From the NCBI GenBank assembly GCA_004431415.1, contig QPMI01000692.1, positions 1 to 64,000 of the forward strand: a stretch of DNA of 64,000 nt, in the 5' to 3' direction. Position numbers and translations under genes: made by a program. Position 1 is the first letter of the stretch; every line of letters starts with the position of its first letter. Below the pieces are notes generated by a model. It made no database searches. It had not been told where the DNA came from and saw only the letters and a program-made list of their open reading frames with translations. The DNA is from Cyanophora paradoxa CCMP329 (taxonomy: Eukaryota; Plantae; Glaucophyta). Positions 61,289-64,000 of the stretch are shown here, piece after piece.

Positions 61289-62215
61289 ATGAAAGAATAC
61301 CTGAGCTTTTCGAACGATGATCGCGATGAGGAGTTTACTCAGCCAAACCAGTATGTAGTGACATTACCCCGTCGCTATGACAACGTAAAATCGGTGCGCC
61401 TGGTGCAGGCAACGGTTCCCAATGTTCTTTCGACTGTGACGAACGATATTGATGCCACTGGTGCAACCATCGAGCGCATGGAACTCTATTTCTCGGTCAC
61501 AGCTTCGGATTCCGGATTCGTGACCATCACAATCCCCAAAGGATTTTACACCAAAGACGACCTTGCCGCAAAAGTCACAGAAAGACTCGAAGCAGCTCGC
61601 CTTTCAGATTTCGGTGGAAAATATATTAAATGCCGCTATAATACTACTTCAAAGATCTATGAGTTTTTCAGTGATAGTAACTTTTGGTTCAAGTTCTCCA
61701 AAGCTTCCCCTGAAACACTCAGAAAATCCAGTAATCGCAAAGCAATCGCTAAGAAACTCGCAATATTTGGTTTCAAAGATATTCAGCTATATGTTTACGA
61801 GACATTTACCCCTCTTGCAAGCGATACATTCCTTGTGTTTAATCCTGGGACGGGAACTGTGACACTCAATCGACGCATTCGCGGCTATACTCGTGGAGAT
61901 GAGACCCCGGCGGCGATGATCTGGCTATATATTGACGAATTTGCGCCGTTTATTCGCTCAGTCAACAAGCACGTCGATGGTTATTTCATGCGCATTCCAA
62001 TCCCACAGGAACTCGAACATGGTGATATCTACCACTTCGACACGTCCACTACGGTGCCTCTCATTCGTGAATTCCGCGAATTAAAATAGTTCGACCGCTT
62101 GACGATTAAACTCATCGACCATGATGGCGCTCTCTTAGATTTCGGGGTTTGGGCGCGTTATTTCACTTTTGAAATCGAAACCTACGACGCACCGCCCGAA
62201 ATGAATTTCTACTAA
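61289..62215 (+). CDS. Minor capsid (penton) protein 2; in-frame TAG at 62087
   Basis: NDDRD...PNQYVVTLPRRYDNVKSVRLVQATVPN...ITIPKGFYT...IWLYIDEF. After the TAG it continues FDRLTIKLIDHDG...FTFEIE, matching the penton-1 C-terminus. Confidence 0.82.
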
Positions 62216-62262
62216 GCCCTTTAAATTATTTTCTGATCCCAAAGATAAGAGAAGAAACGCTC

Positions 62263-63576
62263 ATGGAGACTAACAGCCAATTCCAGCGCCCAACGCTGAA
62301 ATCTATGCTCACCACCGATGACTACAAGGATTATTTCCTAAACAAGTCGCTGGTCATTGGAACGTCCTCTGGCACTAAGCCACTTCGAGTTCTGGTCGCC
62401 CCCGATACCGAACCAACCAATGCCCTCGGTAACCGAGTAGTTTTCAAAATCCCCCTCTACCATTTCCTGAATGGTCTCGCGCTGCAACTCGACCTTAACC
62501 CGATCACCCTCACTGATCTCACGAATGGTATCGCTGGAACTACTGGCTACCTTCGCGTCATTGGATCGCTAATTAAGCGCATTGAAATCTCTCACGCTTC
62601 ATTCCGCTATGTTGTCCCAGAAGATTTCGTCACCCAGTATTTTCTACTGATGACTGAACAGGGCGAACTCGATAAGAAACTTCGCTATGTGGGTGGTCTT
62701 GTCGGAACCGCTGGTAACACTGTCGGTGGAACCTACGAAATCGATTTACCCTCTCCTTTCGAGAAGGCGATGTTCCCACTTTGCGCTCTGAACTCTGAGA
62801 TCACAGTAGAAATCGAATTCAAGGCGCAAGGGGATGGTATTATTGAGGACACGAACAATGTTGCTAATATTGCGGTAACCAACAATGGCGCTTCCCTTCA
62901 AGTGCTGAAACCCCGCGTTATTTGCAAGGTCGTAAATGCCGATTAGGCGGTTGTATCTGAGACCATTGCCCGTGTTAAATCGACTGGCATCGCGATCCCC
63001 TACAACGAAATCGGTTTCCTACACACAGATTTCCAGCCGACCGCCTCCGGTTCGCGAGTCAATCTCTCGCAACTCACAGGTGCGGGTCTCATCCACACTC
63101 TCGTATTCTCTGTGCGCCAAAACGCGAAGACGAAGGTGAACAACGGAACTCTCTCGGTTCTGGCTCCTCGTGCACTCAGAACCAACGCTGTAAGCTTCTA
63201 TGTAGAACTCAACAATAACCGCCTTTACTCGAATACTTCGCTTCCTCTCATGATTGCCGCGACCGAACTTCAAGAGAAATATAATTCGGCGATCTTTACC
63301 GAGAGCACAAGCTACCCCGCTCTCACTGGCATTTATTTCGGTGCTGGAAACGGAAAAGCGTCGCTTCTCAACCAAGAGAATACGGGCTACATCGATGCCA
63401 CAGGCACATCGGCGTTCGATCTGGTCTTCGAATTCAACGGTGTCACAACGGCAGCCGAAGGTTCATCAGAATGGTATGCGGGTGCCGCTTATCAGAAGAT
63501 GCAAATTCAGTGCATTGCCCTCGCTCATAACATAATGATAATCACAGGCGACGGTATCCGAAGAGTATCCGCATGA
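62263..63576 (+). CDS. Double-jelly-roll major capsid protein (437 codons); in-frame TAG at 62944
   Basis: ORFs 62263-62946 and 63112-63576 share a frame with a single TAG between them. VVFKIP, LIKRIEI, FPLCALNSEITVEIEF and C-terminal IALAHNIMIITGDG are typical of PLV MCPs. Confidence 0.85.
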
Positions 63577-63621
63577 TTACCACATTCAGTCTTATTTTTC
63601 TATTGTTTTTATAGTGAAAGA

Positions 63622-64000
63622 ATGCAAAAAGGGACGACGCCCATGGATCTCGAGGAATGGAACCCGAAACAGAGGGTGAAACTTCCCGCACGATTTCTCC
63701 TTTTGGCGAAAACCAATTGTGGTAAATCGGTATTCTTAAAGTGGCTGATCAAAGAACTCGAAGACCAGATCTCGTATGTTCTGGTTTTCTAGCCTACGAG
63801 TTTCAACGGTTTCTGGGGACAAATTACAGATGAAGTGCATGATACCTGGAAACCGGAATATGTGGAGTCGATCATAGAAGCCCGCAAAAAAGCCATCATC
63901 GCGGGTAAGAAACCAAAGAATATTCTCATTGTGCTCGACGATTGTTTGGAGTCCGGAACTATCGATCTTTCGCGCGATCATTTGCTAAATAAATTGATGG
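63622..64000 (+). CDS. A32/FtsK-HerA family genome-packaging ATPase (3'-truncated); in-frame TAG at 63790
   Basis: Manual translation: RFLLLAKTNCGKSVF (Walker A)...YVLVF*PTS...KNILIVLDDC (Walker B). Missed by the ORF track. Confidence 0.88.

Larger units (their letters stand above)
48930..64000. mobile_element. Endogenous Polinton-like virus (left part; continues beyond window)
   Basis: Abrupt GC-to-AT shift, tightly packed intronless genes, and a mCP-mCP-MCP-A32 ATPase module. Left end uncertain (could extend to ~47930). Confidence 0.9.

Noticed and set aside
49287-64000. Full ciliate-type (TAR=Gln) genetic code in the virus or host
   Set aside because: 1000-codon AT-rich ORFs contain no TAR, TAA terminates several tightly packed genes, and host exons read in the standard code.

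Overview
Eukaryotic protist DNA in two compartments. (1) Bases ~1-47,900 are GC-rich, intron-dense host sequence from a flagellated, probably plastid-bearing alga. The MRAFVG N-terminus on TadA suggests a glaucophyte-like transit peptide (inference only). Host genes: a class I cyclic-nucleotide PDE, TadA, an LRR+ankyrin protein, an ARM-repeat protein, TLC/TMEM136, WDR90, a Ser-Pro-rich secreted protein, an axonemal dynein light-chain-domain protein and an unusual K/G 11-mer-repeat protein. This part also holds several MITEs and an apparent ~10 kb inversion with duplicated breakpoints. (2) From ~48,900 to the window end is an AT-rich, intronless endogenous Polinton-like virus (PLV). It carries a Zn-finger protein, phage-like fibre genes, a membrane-anchored fibre split by a host MITE, a patatin-discoidin fusion, two pentons, a double-jelly-roll major capsid protein and an A32 packaging ATPase. 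The most striking signal: four successive plus-strand viral genes each carry exactly one in-frame TAG/TAA, hidden by the ORF track, while 8.8 kb of minus-strand viral genes carry none. Also notable are a TGCA-targeting TIR transposon type and a strong gene-body GTAC motif bias in host genes. All protein calls come from reading motifs by eye. No searches were run.
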